Assembly: GCF_004010195.1 (NCBI RefSeq)
Contig: NC_057720.1
Location: 20,352,092-20,415,713, forward strand
DNA length: 63,622 nt
From: Chiloscyllium plagiosum
Lineage: Eukaryota
Direction of reading: 5' to 3'
Notes under the pieces: model-generated
What the model was told of the DNA's origin: nothing
Databases searched by the model: none
Seen by the model: only the letters and a program-made list of their open reading frames with translations
Made by a program: the position numbers and the translations under genes
Shown: positions 36,244 through 48,559 of the stretch, in pieces
Layout of the letters: each line of letters opens with the position of its first letter
Numbering within the stretch: the first letter of the stretch is position 1

Positions 36244-37243
36244 TTAGACAAAGGGTTAGACAAAAGGCTGTGGACGTTGAATAGTTTGTCTTGGTTATCT
36301 TGTCTGACAATTTGTAAATGTCATAATGAGCTATTTGTTCAGTATAACAGCATCAGAATACTGATGTTGGGTGTGGTAGATTGGCTGAAGTTGCTGTAAA
36401 TTCTCAGTACTGCTCATACATCATAGGGCCTTGAAGCCTGCTTATTGATAATGGTTATGCAATCCTCCCTCAGGTGTGTCCCAGTTGCTCCACTCGTATG
36501 ATTGGTGTTCATTCCCCATCCTATAAATGTATACAACTATTTTATGTCATTTGTAGGAGGAGGCAAAAACTCCTGTGGCTGTCTCTTGATTGTGTTTGTT
36601 GTTTCCTGGAATGTGCTCACATGGAAATCTGTTCTAACATTCAAACGCAGTAATGCATTGTACCCCAAATGAAGCCAAAAAGGTAATTATCAAAGACTGT
36701 TTCAAAGGTGGGGCCCGTTACACTGGATAAGTCAAATTGTAACATCATGTAGTAAGCCTTATCCTCAGATTGGAATGAATCCCAATGAAATCAAGCATTG
36801 CAATATTTTTACAAAGTGGTTAAGATTGAAGTGGAAGGCTGTACTATCAATCTAATTGAAGCAAATAGGGCTGCACAGATCAACTTCTCATTTCTGATCA
36901 ATTTAGGACTGAATGTGGATTACTCAGAGCTCTGAACAAGTTACTCTGATCTCTGGCTTGTAACCGACTTGGTTACATTTCTGCATTCTAGCTCATTCTG
37001 CCTTTGTGACTTAAACAAAACATAATGCCGTTTGCTCAAAATGTTCGTCCATACGAGGCCCTTTAACTGGTTGGGGCACGTCTCACCTTCACACTAAGCA
37101 TTATAGTAGGATAAGAAAGTTTCAGTGATGGAACTAGAACCACACTGACTCTTGCTCTCTGGTGGATCCCTTTGGGGTGAACACAGGCATGAAGACATTC
37201 TGAACAGCTTTGCTTTGTGCTGGGAGCAGGAAGAAAGGAAATA

Positions 37244-37823
37244 CAGAGTAACCTCGATTATCCGAACGAGATGGGTGGGCACTATATCATTTGGATAATT
37301 GATTATTCAGTTAATTGATTTCCTCTGGGGCTCGGAGTTTGCTGTGAAATCTGCTCCCCGTTGAGGAGACTAGACAGCAGCACACTGCTTGTGAACCCCA
37401 ATCCCCTGCCCGTTGCCCAACCCCATCCTCCCCTATACACACACACACAAACACACACACACACACCCTTTTAACTTGAACTTTTTGACACGTTCCACCT
37501 CAGTCCTGTACAGGACAATGTTGGTGAGATTATCTGGGGAAGGGGGGGTTTAGTGTTCACCCCTATGTAGAACTCCAGGGAAAGTGTGGGGGAGAGAGAG
37601 GTCAGGAGGTCAGTCATTTGGAGACGATGCCTGGACTATCCACCACTGTATTTGGCAGCGTTTCAGTGAGCCGAGTTCATTTTTAATCATTGTACCTGTA
37701 ATCAAAAGACGCGATCAGGGTTGAAACAGCTCTTTGATGCAATGTTTCTATCGGGACCTTGAGATACCGTTCAGATAATCTGAAATTCGGATAATTGATA
37801 TTCAGAAAATCGAGGTTTCTCTG
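37244..37823. mobile_element. Tc1/mariner (Tigger/pogo-like) non-autonomous element
   Basis: TA|CAGAGTAACCTCGATTATCCGAA ... TTCAGAAAATCGAGGTTTCTCTG|TA; internal (CA)n at ~37436-37466. Confidence 0.85.
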
Positions 37824-38607
37824 TATTGCCAACCATCTGACTCTCAGAAGGCTGCTGCTGAGAAAGGTTTGTTTAAACATACAACTGAGAGCTTTCGTAT
37901 TGAGACCACTGATTGGTGTTGAGTGTAGCTTTTTGGGAAAGAATGAAATGACCAAGTACCGAGTCTGAGAGAAAGGGAGTAAGGAAGTAAAAATTGGATT
38001 CTCAAATTATCCACCAACGCAGCTCAGAGTTAGAATGAAGAGCAGAACTTTGAAATGGTTCTTCAGATCAGATGTTGGACCTGGCTTGAGAAAAAAAAAA
38101 CTTGCAAAGTGTTGAGAACTTTGTCAATTATCCAACTCCAGAAGTACTGGAATATTTTGCCTTTACTACCAAACTACTCCAGCAAGGAACACAAGGCAAT
38201 TAGTTTGTGTCCAACCAGAGTTTATTGGTTAAGTAGTTTTGCAATAGGAGGCGAGAGGTATAAAATAACTTTATTCTTGTTTCAATGCAATATTTTCTGT
38301 ATCTAATTTCTTCTGCTGTCACAAGTACATATTCGGTGCCAGGATGAATGAGACGAAATGGAGTTTTGATCAAACTACTCAGGAATGAGAAACAAAGCAA
38401 CAAAGGCAATTGAATTTAACATGCAAGGGAACGAATTCTGACTAAAACTGATCATGACCAGTTGAGGTACCAAATGCAGTGCAATGCAGCTAGAGGTTCT
38501 CCTATTGTCATTGCTCTGTGTCCCACCCTTGTCTCAGTTCCAGCTGTACACACTTTAATTGGTTTGTTATTTGATGGTCAGTGACTGCCCTCCCACAGAG
38601 CTTTCTA

Positions 38608-38728
38608 ACTGAAAACCGAAAGAACTGCAGACGCTGGAAATCAGAAACAAAATCCGAAATTGCTGGAAAAGCTCAGCAGGTCTGGCAGCATCTGTGGAGT
38701 GAAATCAGAGTTAGTGTTTCAGGTCGAT
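38608..38728 (-). mobile_element. PLE terminal fragment
   Basis: ttgctggaaaagctcagcaggtctggcagcatctg; only the GAAAC half of the hammerhead remains. Confidence 0.7.
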
Positions 38729-39380
38729 GTTTTGTTTCCTCAGGCCTTTCCAAATGCCTTGTTGCAGAGACTAGTTGAGGAAAAGTTGGACAAATAATCA
38801 AAGGTTGTGAAACTTGTTGGTTAGACTTCAGGGCAGTAACATTCTTCAGTGGGTTAGCTTGCCTAGTAGCTTTCTCATTACAGTTGAGCCTGATATTGGG
38901 TGACCATGTGCTTTCTTTTGTCTGCACCCTGCCCTTTGTCTTCTCACCCCACAACGTGAGCACATGGCCATTCCTTATTTTTTTGCATATTAACTTTTAA
39001 TTCTAATCTGCTTTCCACACCTAACCTGGTTCTCAAAACAGTTCGGCCCCATCTGACCTGATTCTACTTCAGGAAGTAAAACCTAAAATAAAAGTTCAGG
39101 TGGACATAAAAAGATGAGGTTTGAACCCCAGCAATAACATTTTTCCTGTTTTTCCCTTGTTACAATTTTGGTAAACATATGGTGTATCGATTTTCAAATT
39201 AGATCTAATTGTAATAGCTGTGATTGTCACGGGCTGAAATGATTTTTGAAAAAGGACAAATACAGATATGAAAAGACTTGTGATCATTTGACTACAGATT
39301 AAGGCAAGTCTGGGAAGACAGGTGGAATAAGAATAAAGAAAACTGGCTGCATTAGGAATACTATGCTATCTAAAGATTGC

Positions 39381-39562
39381 TAGGCGAAAGTGGGTACTGC
39401 AGATGCTGGTGAGTAGAGTCAAGATTAGAGTGGTGCTGGAAAAACACAGCAGGTCAGCAGCGTCCAAGGAGCAGGAACATCGACGTTTTGGGCAAAAAGC
39501 CCTTCATCAGGAATTGGATGCTGCCTGACCTGCAGTGCTTTTCCAGCACCACTCTAACCTTG
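39381..39562. mobile_element. Fold-back PLE terminal insertion; minus-strand hammerhead motif 39482-39510 (G12 mutated)
   Basis: Perfect 14-bp TSD TATCTAAAGATTGC at 39367-39380 and 39563-39576. Confidence 0.9.
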
Positions 39563-39596
39563 TATCTAAAGATTGCACTGAGTCCGTGTTAAGGAA

Positions 39597-39710
39597 TGAT
39601 TTGGAGATGCTGGTGTTGGACTGGGGTGCACAAAGTTAAAAATCACACAACACCAGGTTCCAATTAAACCTGTTGGACTATAACCTGGTGTTGTGTGATT
39701 TTTAACTCAA
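39597..39710. mobile_element. Short fold-back PLE terminal insertion lacking the ribozyme core
   Basis: Same family as 17156-17381; TSD TGTTAAGGAA at 39587-39596 and 39711-39720. Confidence 0.85.
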
Positions 39711-40194
39711 TGTTAAGGAAACTTGCATCTCCTGTTTAATTCACACTTGTATGATCAGTTACAGATATTGGACATCAAAGGATAACCTGCACTTGTCAGT
39801 TTGGAAGGACAAAGCAGCAGTCTCAGGAATGTGCAAATGTATCTGCATCAACAGTAATTTTGAGCAGCAAATGAAAGAGTTAGAAATATGAACTGATAAC
39901 AGCAAGGCTACTGAAAACTTCTCTCTCTGCTTTTCTCAACCTCAAAACTAGCACCTGTTAAAAAAGGCAACTTGAAAAATTGACAAATGATGAAACAGAA
40001 AAATAGGTAAATAATCAGGATACAGATTATTTTTACAACTTAAAGATTCTAAGACCTTTAAGCAGAAGTTGCCTTTTCCAACTATCCCGACCATGTTGCC
40101 CTCCCCAACCCACACATGCTTATTTTTAAACATATTACTTGTGTTTGCCTGTGTGTTTGATGTATTTTTATTATTGGTGGCAGGGGATCAGTTA

Positions 40195-40310
40195 TACAGT
40201 CATACAGCACAGAAACAGACCCTTTGGTCCAACCAGACCATGCAGACCAAAATCCAAAGGAAACTAATCCCACCTGCCTGCTCCTGGCCCATCTCTCTCC
40301 AAATCTAATG
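40195..40310 (-). mobile_element. CR1 3' end fragment
   Basis: catacagcacagaaacagaccctttggtcc tail. Confidence 0.7.
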
Positions 40311-41574
40311 TAAATTCTTTATTTCCACTCAAGAAATCTTGTAATTTAGATCTAGTCAATTACTATTTGAAGTATGAGAGCATGCTAAAAAAAAGAAGCA
40401 GAAATATTTGTTGAACCTAACTCAAAATACGTGTTTCCACAGAGCAGCCACCCTCCATGATGGAAGTTTGCATGATTAAAAGTCCTCCAGATGTTGTTAT
40501 AGAGCAACTATCTACTTCAATGGGGAGGAATTCCTTTGCTAAAGCCTTTTAGAAAATTAAGGGTCTTCCAGATATGACAACCACCTAGATTAACCAGAAC
40601 AACATCTTCTGCAGAGTACATTTCAGGAGTCTACTTAGATTTTGCAGGCATCTATGACAGATGTATCTACTTGACGATCCTGATCCATTCACCTAATTTC
40701 TTCAGTTTTGTTGAGCAAGCGGATGGGGATGAGCGAATGGGAGAATGGGAGAAGATTGAATGTCAACGTTTTACATTAAATTGTCTTAATTTTGAAAAGT
40801 CCATACATTGCATGGTTAGTCATGTAAAATAAATTTAATTAATTCATTGTATTAGATATTTCTGAAAATTGTCAAATCTCTTCTTCCAAGGAAAGGACAA
40901 AATTATCCCAAGGAAAAGCAGTAGTTGGCACAGTTGTTATTAAAAAGAAAGTGTCAGAGGTGATGCTAGTCTGAGGTAAAGTCAGAAAAAAATATATTCA
41001 GCTATTAGTTCATAATTATTGAAGATGACTGCTAATAGGAAATTGTTCCACTGAGATTGAACTTCCTTTCTGCTTGCGAGACTACCAGAAATGGAAGACA
41101 TTCATCAAAGAAAGGGAACATTCTGATGATGATTACCACGTGCAAAGTAACCTATCCATTTCTTTTGTGTAGGAAGAATACACTGGGAGGTTTAGTGTGA
41201 TGACACAAGGCTTTAGTAGGCCAGGACATTCCTATAGCAATACATTATGACATAGTGGCTGGATATGGTACCAAGTGCACACTAACTGACACTGAATCTA
41301 AAAGGAATGGCAGAAAAAGGATTCCCAAACTATTTATGAAGCACTTCTCAAATCTCATAGAGGTAAAGAATGCAACTTTCCATAATTGGTGACTGATTCA
41401 GGGAAAAAGCCACACTGGTCTGTTTTAGATGATGCATTTGATTACAATAATTCAGTTGCATAAACAATTGGCTTAGCATAAATATAAGTTTGAATGTTGA
41501 CTTAAACAAACTACAGAAATCCCTAGACAGTGGGATTTAACCAGTGCTGAACTGGAAATAATAAGCAACAACTC

Positions 41575-42240
41575 ATGCAACCAAAACAGATTTTTTTTCC
41601 TTTTTTCTTCTCTTCTTCTTCATTTCTCATTTTCTTTTCTCTTTTTTCCAGTTTTTTACTTACATTATGGGGAGAGCTCAGTCGCGGAGGTGACGGCATC
41701 AGTGTCCAAAGTGTGGCAGCAGCTGCGGTCAGGAGTGGGACATTGGCATTCGGCAACAAGGTGGCTGGTGAGCCCAGGTAGGACTGTGGCAGTGGGCAGT
41801 GAGGAGGTTCAAGCCCACCAAGGGGAAGAGAGAAATTGAGCCCAGCACAGGGGAGAGACAGTTCGAGCCCAGTCCAGGGGAGACATTGAGCGCAGTGTGT
41901 GGGGGGCAGAGAACAGGCCCAGTGCAGGGGACAGAATGGGCCCAGCATGCAGGACACATCAAGCCCTCATGGGGGAATCCCAGCATGGGGAGTCTGCAGG
42001 CCCATGGCTTAAGAACAAATATAATGCTGAACTTTTAACTTTCTTTCTTTATTTTTCTACTTTATACTAAGATGAACTGTAATGTTGAATTTTTAACCTA
42101 TTTTTAAATTTTTCTACTCTATACCTAAGATTTTGTATCTAGTTACCTTTGAACCTAAGACGTAAACTTTTCATTGCACAGTTTTCACTATGCCCCTGTA
42201 CTTGAGCACACATGACAATAAAGCTTAATTCTAATTCTAA
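41575..42240 (+). mobile_element. Non-coding retroposon with Rex1/Babar-like 3' tail
   Basis: Ends ttttcactatg..cacatgacaataaag(ctaatt)n; layout resembles 49001-49433. Confidence 0.5.
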
Positions 42241-42279
42241 TGTAGCAATGAAGAGTTGCAGCTATTAGTGTTTAGGAAT

Positions 42280-43665
42280 GAACATAGAACATAGAATAGT
42301 ACAGCGCCACAGGTCAACCAACCTCCATACCCTTCATTTTACTATCATCCTTGTGCCTATTCAAGAGTTGCTTAAATGTCCCCAATGTATCTGACTCGAC
42401 TACCACTGCTGGCAGTGCATTCCATCACCCAATAAAGAACCAATCTCTGACATCTCTCCTAAACCTTCCTCCAATCACCTTAAAATTATTCACCTTTGTG
42501 ATAGCCATTTCTTCCCTGGAAAAACATCCTCGACTATTCACTCTACCTATAACTCTCATCATCTTGTACATCTCTATCAAGTTGCCTCTCATCCTTCTTC
42601 ACTCCAATAAGAAAAGCCCTACCTCCCTCAACCTTTCTTCATAAGACATTCCTTCCAGTCCAGGAAGCATCCTGGTAAAACTCCTCTGCACCCTCTCTAA
42701 AGCTTCCACATCCTTCCTATAATGAGGCGTTCAGAACTGAACACAATATTTCAAGTGTGGTCTAACCAGGACTGAATAGAGCTGCAGCAAGACATTGCAG
42801 CTCTTAAACTCAATCTCCCTGCTAGTGAACGCCAACATACCATATGCCTTCTCAACAACCCTGTCAACTTGGGTGGCAACTTTGAGGGATCCATGGACAT
42901 GGACCCTAAGATTGCTCTGTTCCTCCACACTGCCAAGAATCTTGTCTTGAACCCTCCTTTATTCTGCATTCAAATTTGACCTTCCAAAATGATTCACTTC
43001 ACACTTTTCCAGGTTGAACTCCATCTGCCACTTGTCAGCCCAGTTCTGCATCCTGTCAAAGCCTTGTTGCAACCTAGAACAGCCCTCTACACTATCCACA
43101 ACTCCACCAATCTTAGTGTCATCAGCAAACTTATGAACCAGCAAATCTTTCACTTCCTTGTCATTTATAAAGATCACCAAGAGTAGAGGTCCCAGAACTC
43201 TATGGAATGCAAGTGGTCACCGAGCTCTAGGTTGAATACTTTCCATCTACCACCACCCTCTGTCTTCCATGGGCCAGCCGATTCTGTATCCAGACAGCCA
43301 AATTTCTCTGTATCCCATACCTCCTTACTTTTTGAATGAGCCTACCATGGAGAACGTTATCAAAAGCCTTGCTAAAATTCATGCACACCACATCCACTGC
43401 TCCACCTTCATCAATGTGTTTTGTCACATCCTCAAAGAATTCAATAAGACTTGTGACGCATGACCTGCCCTTCACAAAGCCATGTTGACTATTTCTAATC
43501 AAACTATGGTTTTCCAAGTAATCATAAATCCTGTCTCTCAGAATCCTCTCCAATAATTTGCCCACCACACATGTAAGACTGACTGGTCTATACTTCCCAG
43601 GATTATCCCTATTCTCTTTCTTGAAGAAGGGAATAACATATGCTACCCTCTAATCATCTGGTGGT
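42280..43665 (-). mobile_element. CR1 LINE ORF2 3' part
   Basis: QHGFVKGRSCVTSL, FSKAFD, KFADDTKIGG, RPHLKYCVQF; (atagaac)n tail. Confidence 0.92.
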
Positions 43666-44064
43666 GTGAAGTTGCATTGAATGGTCTTATTCTTCTATAA
43701 TTACCATTTGGTTTAAAACATTTAGTGTAGCAGCAGACTTTGCTTTCTGTCTTTCTCCCTCTATTTATTCCAAATGTGGAAGCTACTTAACCTGATGCAC
43801 TGTCATGGATCTCCTAAACTATCCATTTGCCTTTCTCCATAATGATGGATCAGAACCCCAAAGCACAATGCGGTACCTTTTAAAAATGTTATTGTACTTT
43901 TTTTTAAAGAGACTATTACAGAGCCAAAAAAAGTGTATGCAAATCCATAATGGTCTGACAAATGTCTGAGTGGGGGACATTTAAAGTCAAGTCTAGAATT
44001 TCAGGGAAAATTTAAACAAAGAGAGAGATATGGAACAGAAAGGAGTAACAGTTAGCCTTGGGAA

Positions 44065-44780
44065 AAGCTGATGGGCAGAGAGATCTGGGAGAGCAGGTGC
44101 ATTGTACCCTGAAGGTTGCTGCACAGGTGGATAGAGTGGTCAAGAAGGCATATGGTATGCTTGCCTTCATCGGACGGGGTATTGAGTATAAGAGCTGGCA
44201 AGTCATGTTAAAATTGTACGAGATATTGGTTCGGCCGCATTTGGAATACTGTGTACAGTTCTGGTCGCCACATTACCAAAAGGATGTGCACACTTTGGAG
44301 AGGGTGCAGAGAAGATCTATGAGGATGTTGCCTGGTATGGAAGGTGCTAGCTATGAAGAAAGGTTGAGTAGGTTAGGTTTATTTTCACTAGAAAAAAGGA
44401 GATTGAGGGGGGACCTGATTGAGAATTACAAAATCATGAAGGGTATAGACAGGGTGGATAGAGACAAGCTTTTTCCCAGGGTGAAAGATTCAATAACGAG
44501 AGGTCACGCTTTCAAGGTGAGAGGTGGAAAGTTTAAGGGGGATACACGCGGCAAGTACTTCACACAGAGGGTGGTGGGCATTTGGAACACGTTGCCAGCA
44601 GAGGTGGTAGAGGTAGACACGGTAGATTAATTTAAGATGCGTCTGGATAAATGCATGAGTAGGTGGGTAGCAGAGGGATACAGATGCTTAGGAATTGACC
44701 GACAGATTTAGACAGTACATTTGGCTTGGAGGGCCGAAGGGCCTGTTCCTGGGCTGTAAAGTTTTATTGTTCTTTGTTCT
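44065..44780 (+). mobile_element. CR1 LINE 3' fragment (distinct subfamily)
   Basis: ORF 44058-44630 RPHLEYCVQFWSPHY..LRGDLIE..FTQRVVGIWNTLP. Confidence 0.92.
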
Positions 44781-45286
44781 TTGTACCCCATCCTGGGAAA
44801 AAGCCACCCCTTACAAACATTATATTTATACTTTTCCCTTCCAGGAAAATATTAATAAAAAGATTAAAAATTGTCTGCTAACCTGGTCTATGTGTGCCAG
44901 TGGAAGGTGTGCTGGTGGAAGGTGTGTTAATGAACTGAGGTCTGTGTGTATTAGTTTTACTTTGAGTGTGCTGCGATAGTCACAGTCAAAGAACCTTAGA
45001 CACCCTTTCACTGCAGGTAAAAAAGACATTTATTACTCTGAGTGCTAGGATACAAGTAACTAATAGGCCAAGCAGAAGGAAACAGGGCATGAAAGATCTC
45101 TCACTGAATGCTATCAACCAACCATTGTCAAAGTGAAACAGGATTTCAGCTGATATACAAAACTGACTGTTCAACTAACAACAGTCCACGAGACATACTT
45201 CATAAACAGTCCAAACAGACCTTCTAGTTGTCACTTGAATTAATACTGTAATCAGTGTTCAATAATCAAAATCTTATAACATTAGT

Positions 45287-45520
45287 GGGCGGCATGGTGG
45301 CACAGTGGTTAGCACTGCTGCCTCACAGCGCCAGAGACCCGGGCGGGTGCTCCGGTTTCCTCCCACAGTCCAAAGATGTGCAGGTCAGGTGAATTGGCCA
45401 TACTAAATTGCCCGTAGTGTTAGGTAAGGGGTAAATGTAGGGGTATGGGTGGGTTTCGCTTCGGCGGGTTGGTGTGGACTTGGTGGGCTGAAGGGCCTGT
45501 TTCCACACTGTAATCTAAAC
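45287..45520 (+). mobile_element. HE1-type V-SINE with internal deletion
   Basis: Head joins directly to gggtgctccggtttcc. Confidence 0.88.
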
Positions 45521-45972
45521 CAAACCACATTAGTAATGCGAATGCTGTTACAAGAATAAGACCACAAGATACATTCAGTCCATTGAATCTGTTCCACCAT
45601 TCGATCATGGTGGATATGTTTCTCAATCCCATTCTCCTGTCTTCTCCGCATAACCCTTGATCCACTTACTAAACAAGAACCTATCATCATAGGACATAGA
45701 TTGTACAGTACTGGAAAGGGCCCTTTGGCCCATGATGTTGTGCCAAACATGATGCCAAATTAAAGTAAACGTTAAAGTAAATCTAATCTAAAAGTCCCTG
45801 AAACGCCTCCATCGTATCTGTCTCCACCACTTCCCCAGTGTCCAAGTACATGAATAATCCACTATTTCATTCACTAGCGATCTATTGCATCAAATCTGTG
45901 GACTTTGATATATTAATCAGAGCCCTATGACATTAATAACCAGGATCCTAGTATGTTAATAATGAGGTTTTT

Positions 45973-46285
45973 GATTAGATTCCCTCCAGTGTGGAAATAG
46001 GCCCTTTGGCCCAACAGGTCTGCACTGACCCTTCAAGGAGTACCCACCCAGACTCATTTCCCTCTGACTAATGCACTTAACATTATGGGCAACTTAGCAT
46101 GGTCAATTCACCCAACCTGCATGTCTTTGGACTGTGGAAGGAAACCAGAGCACCCGGGGGAAACAAACGCAGACATGGGGAAAATGTGCAAACTCCAAAC
46201 AGACGATCGCCCGAGGTGGGAATTGAACCGGGGTCCCTGGTGCTGTGAGGCAGCTGTGCTAACCACTGAGCCACCGTCCTGCCCT
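45973..46285 (-). mobile_element. HE1-type V-SINE
   Basis: Antisense tRNA head, V-domain and tail. Confidence 0.88.
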
Positions 46286-46961
46286 GCATCTATAATAAGT
46301 TTCTACTGCATCTATAATAAGAGTCCTATTATTTTATAATTCAGGATGTTGCTACACACCATGTATTTTCATCAATGGCCTCACACTCAACTCCTGCTCT
46401 CCACCCCTCCTCAGTCAAGAACTAAAGCTTCCCCCTCCCCACTCAATAACTGAAGCCTCCCTCCACCCTCCTTCTCACTCCTTTGCCTCACACACCCCAC
46501 ACATATTCACATACAAATTCTCATTTTTCATTTTGGGGTCACATAAAGTCCCAGGCATTAAAATGGAATCACACCAAGAGAATGCAGTTCCTCACATCAA
46601 CTCCTGTCTCTTGAATTAAGAGTCAGGGTTAAAACCACATTTTCTTCAGAAGGTGCTAACACTTCCTGAATGCCATTTTTGTTTTCTACTGAATAACATT
46701 AAGTTGATTTTTGACCCCTCTCATTTTTCAATTTTATTAATGTCCTATTGATATTGATATCCTGTTAGGCTCTTTCCTTCTTATGGGGATTAAAACACAT
46801 CATTCTGCCCTAAAGCTGCTTCTTCAGATTCATGACTGCTTCAAGTTAAGAAATCTGTCTCTGATGTTAGTTATAGTTGTACTAGGAGTACTAGCCTAGG
46901 TTCGGAATCCATTTTTAATTGCTACGGAAATGGGAAAGAAAGGTTGCCCAGGAGATATAAT

Positions 46962-47235
46962 ACTTTTTTAAGATCTACTTTTCCTCATCAATCTATTCAG
47001 AGATGTTGTTACCCACCTCTGAAGCAGATGGGATTTGGACCTGTGTCTCTTAATCCAGGGGTAAGGACATTACCGCTGCACCTCAAGAGGGCCCTTGATA
47101 GAATTTTTTTAACCTATTTTTCTAACCAATCTGTTCATAGATTTTATTGCGCACTTCTGGAGTAGGTAGGACTTGAACCCAGGTATCTGGACTCAGCAGT
47201 AGGGGCACAACCACTGTGTCACAGAAGGGCCCTTG
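46962..47235 (-). mobile_element. Dimeric tRNA-derived SINE
   Basis: Two ~130-bp related monomers each starting AAGGGCCCT; B box GGTTCAAGTCC; TSD GGAGATATAAT at 46951-46961 and 47236-47246. Confidence 0.75.
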
Positions 47236-47769
47236 GGAGATATAATCAAACATGCACTGTAGACCTCACACCATTTTTTTAAAAATCAATCATTGAAACA
47301 ATGTCTAGTTCTATCTGTCACTGAATAGCACTGGATGTGGCAGCCAGAATGACTAAGGCTAATTCCCTTGAACTCATCTGCAACACCATTGGCTGTAGTA
47401 ACATTGAGCTAGGAACTAAATAAGTTCACAAGTGTTCCTTTCCTTAACTTTGCACCACATCCCATTTTTGCTGTCACTCTTGTATTCACAGGTCTGTATA
47501 GGCTCCAGGCCCAGTGACACCTCTCACCTTGTTCTTTGAAACTCAGCAAGGCTTCCTATCTCTGCTAGCTGGTATTGCTCCAGAACTTTTCCAAGATCTC
47601 AGTGTTCCTCCAATTTGAATAACTTGCACATCCTTGATTTTAATCATTCCAGCATTAACCACTCCACTCATCCAGCTGTGCTTGCATCCACTCTTAACAT
47701 CCTGACACCTCTGAACTGCTCTTTCTTGCTTTAAAATATTATTTAAAACCTTAACTCTTTGAGCAAACA

Positions 47770-48400
47770 CCTGGTCAGGGGATGAGGCATGGTGGTAGGT
47801 GAACCCAGGTAGAGGGTACGACCTGGTTGATTGCTGGAAGGGATGAATCCGGTTGGTAGCTGGAAGGAAGGATCAATCAGAGGAATGGAAGGGAGGGGGA
47901 AGGGCTGGAAAGGGAGTAAGGGGATGGGAAGGGAGGTTATTTGAGATTGAGAACTCAGTGTTGAGTCCTCTGGTCTGTAGGCTGCCCAGATGGAAGATGA
48001 CGTGTGTTCCTCAAATTTGCTGTCTGATTCATTGTGGCAATGGAGGAGGCAAAGGATGGTCATGTTGGAGAGGGAGTGGGAAGGGGAATTAAAATGGACG
48101 GTGACTGGGACGTCTGGTCAGCCTCTGCTGGCCTGGCTGAGATGCTCGCTGAAACATGCCCTGAGCTTATGTAGAGAAGATTACATCGGGAGCACTAGGT
48201 TGGAGGAGAGGCAGGTGAACCTCTGTCTCACCTGGAAGGACTGTTTGGGGACCTGGGTGGAGGCAAGGGGATGGTGTGTCACCAGGTTTTGCGTCTTTTA
48301 CAGTTGCAAGGGAGGGTACCTGGGGGTGTAGGAGGGGGTTGGTGGGGAGAGTGGCGTGAACCAAGGATTGGCGAAGGGAATGGCTTCAATGAAAGGCTTC
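47770..48400 (-). mobile_element. Penelope-like element GIY-YIG region
   Basis: CLLHCHNESDSKFEEH.., antisense match to 2850-3300 and 49697-50000. Confidence 0.8.
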
Positions 48401-48559
48401 AGAGCGTTCCCTGGAACTCCAGAACCAAACTGAAACATGAATCAGTAACATCAAAAAGTGGAGCATGTGGGGGGGGGGGGGAGGAGGGAGGGATCCGTTG
48501 GAAGGGCAAAGAAAATTGCTGATTAGATTAAAATGGTAAAGCAATACAGGCTGAACTCA

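Noticed and set aside
41081..41146. Possible exon reading YQKWKTFIKEREHSDDDYHVQ
   Set aside because: Atypical GAG acceptor, weak donor and no recognisable protein.
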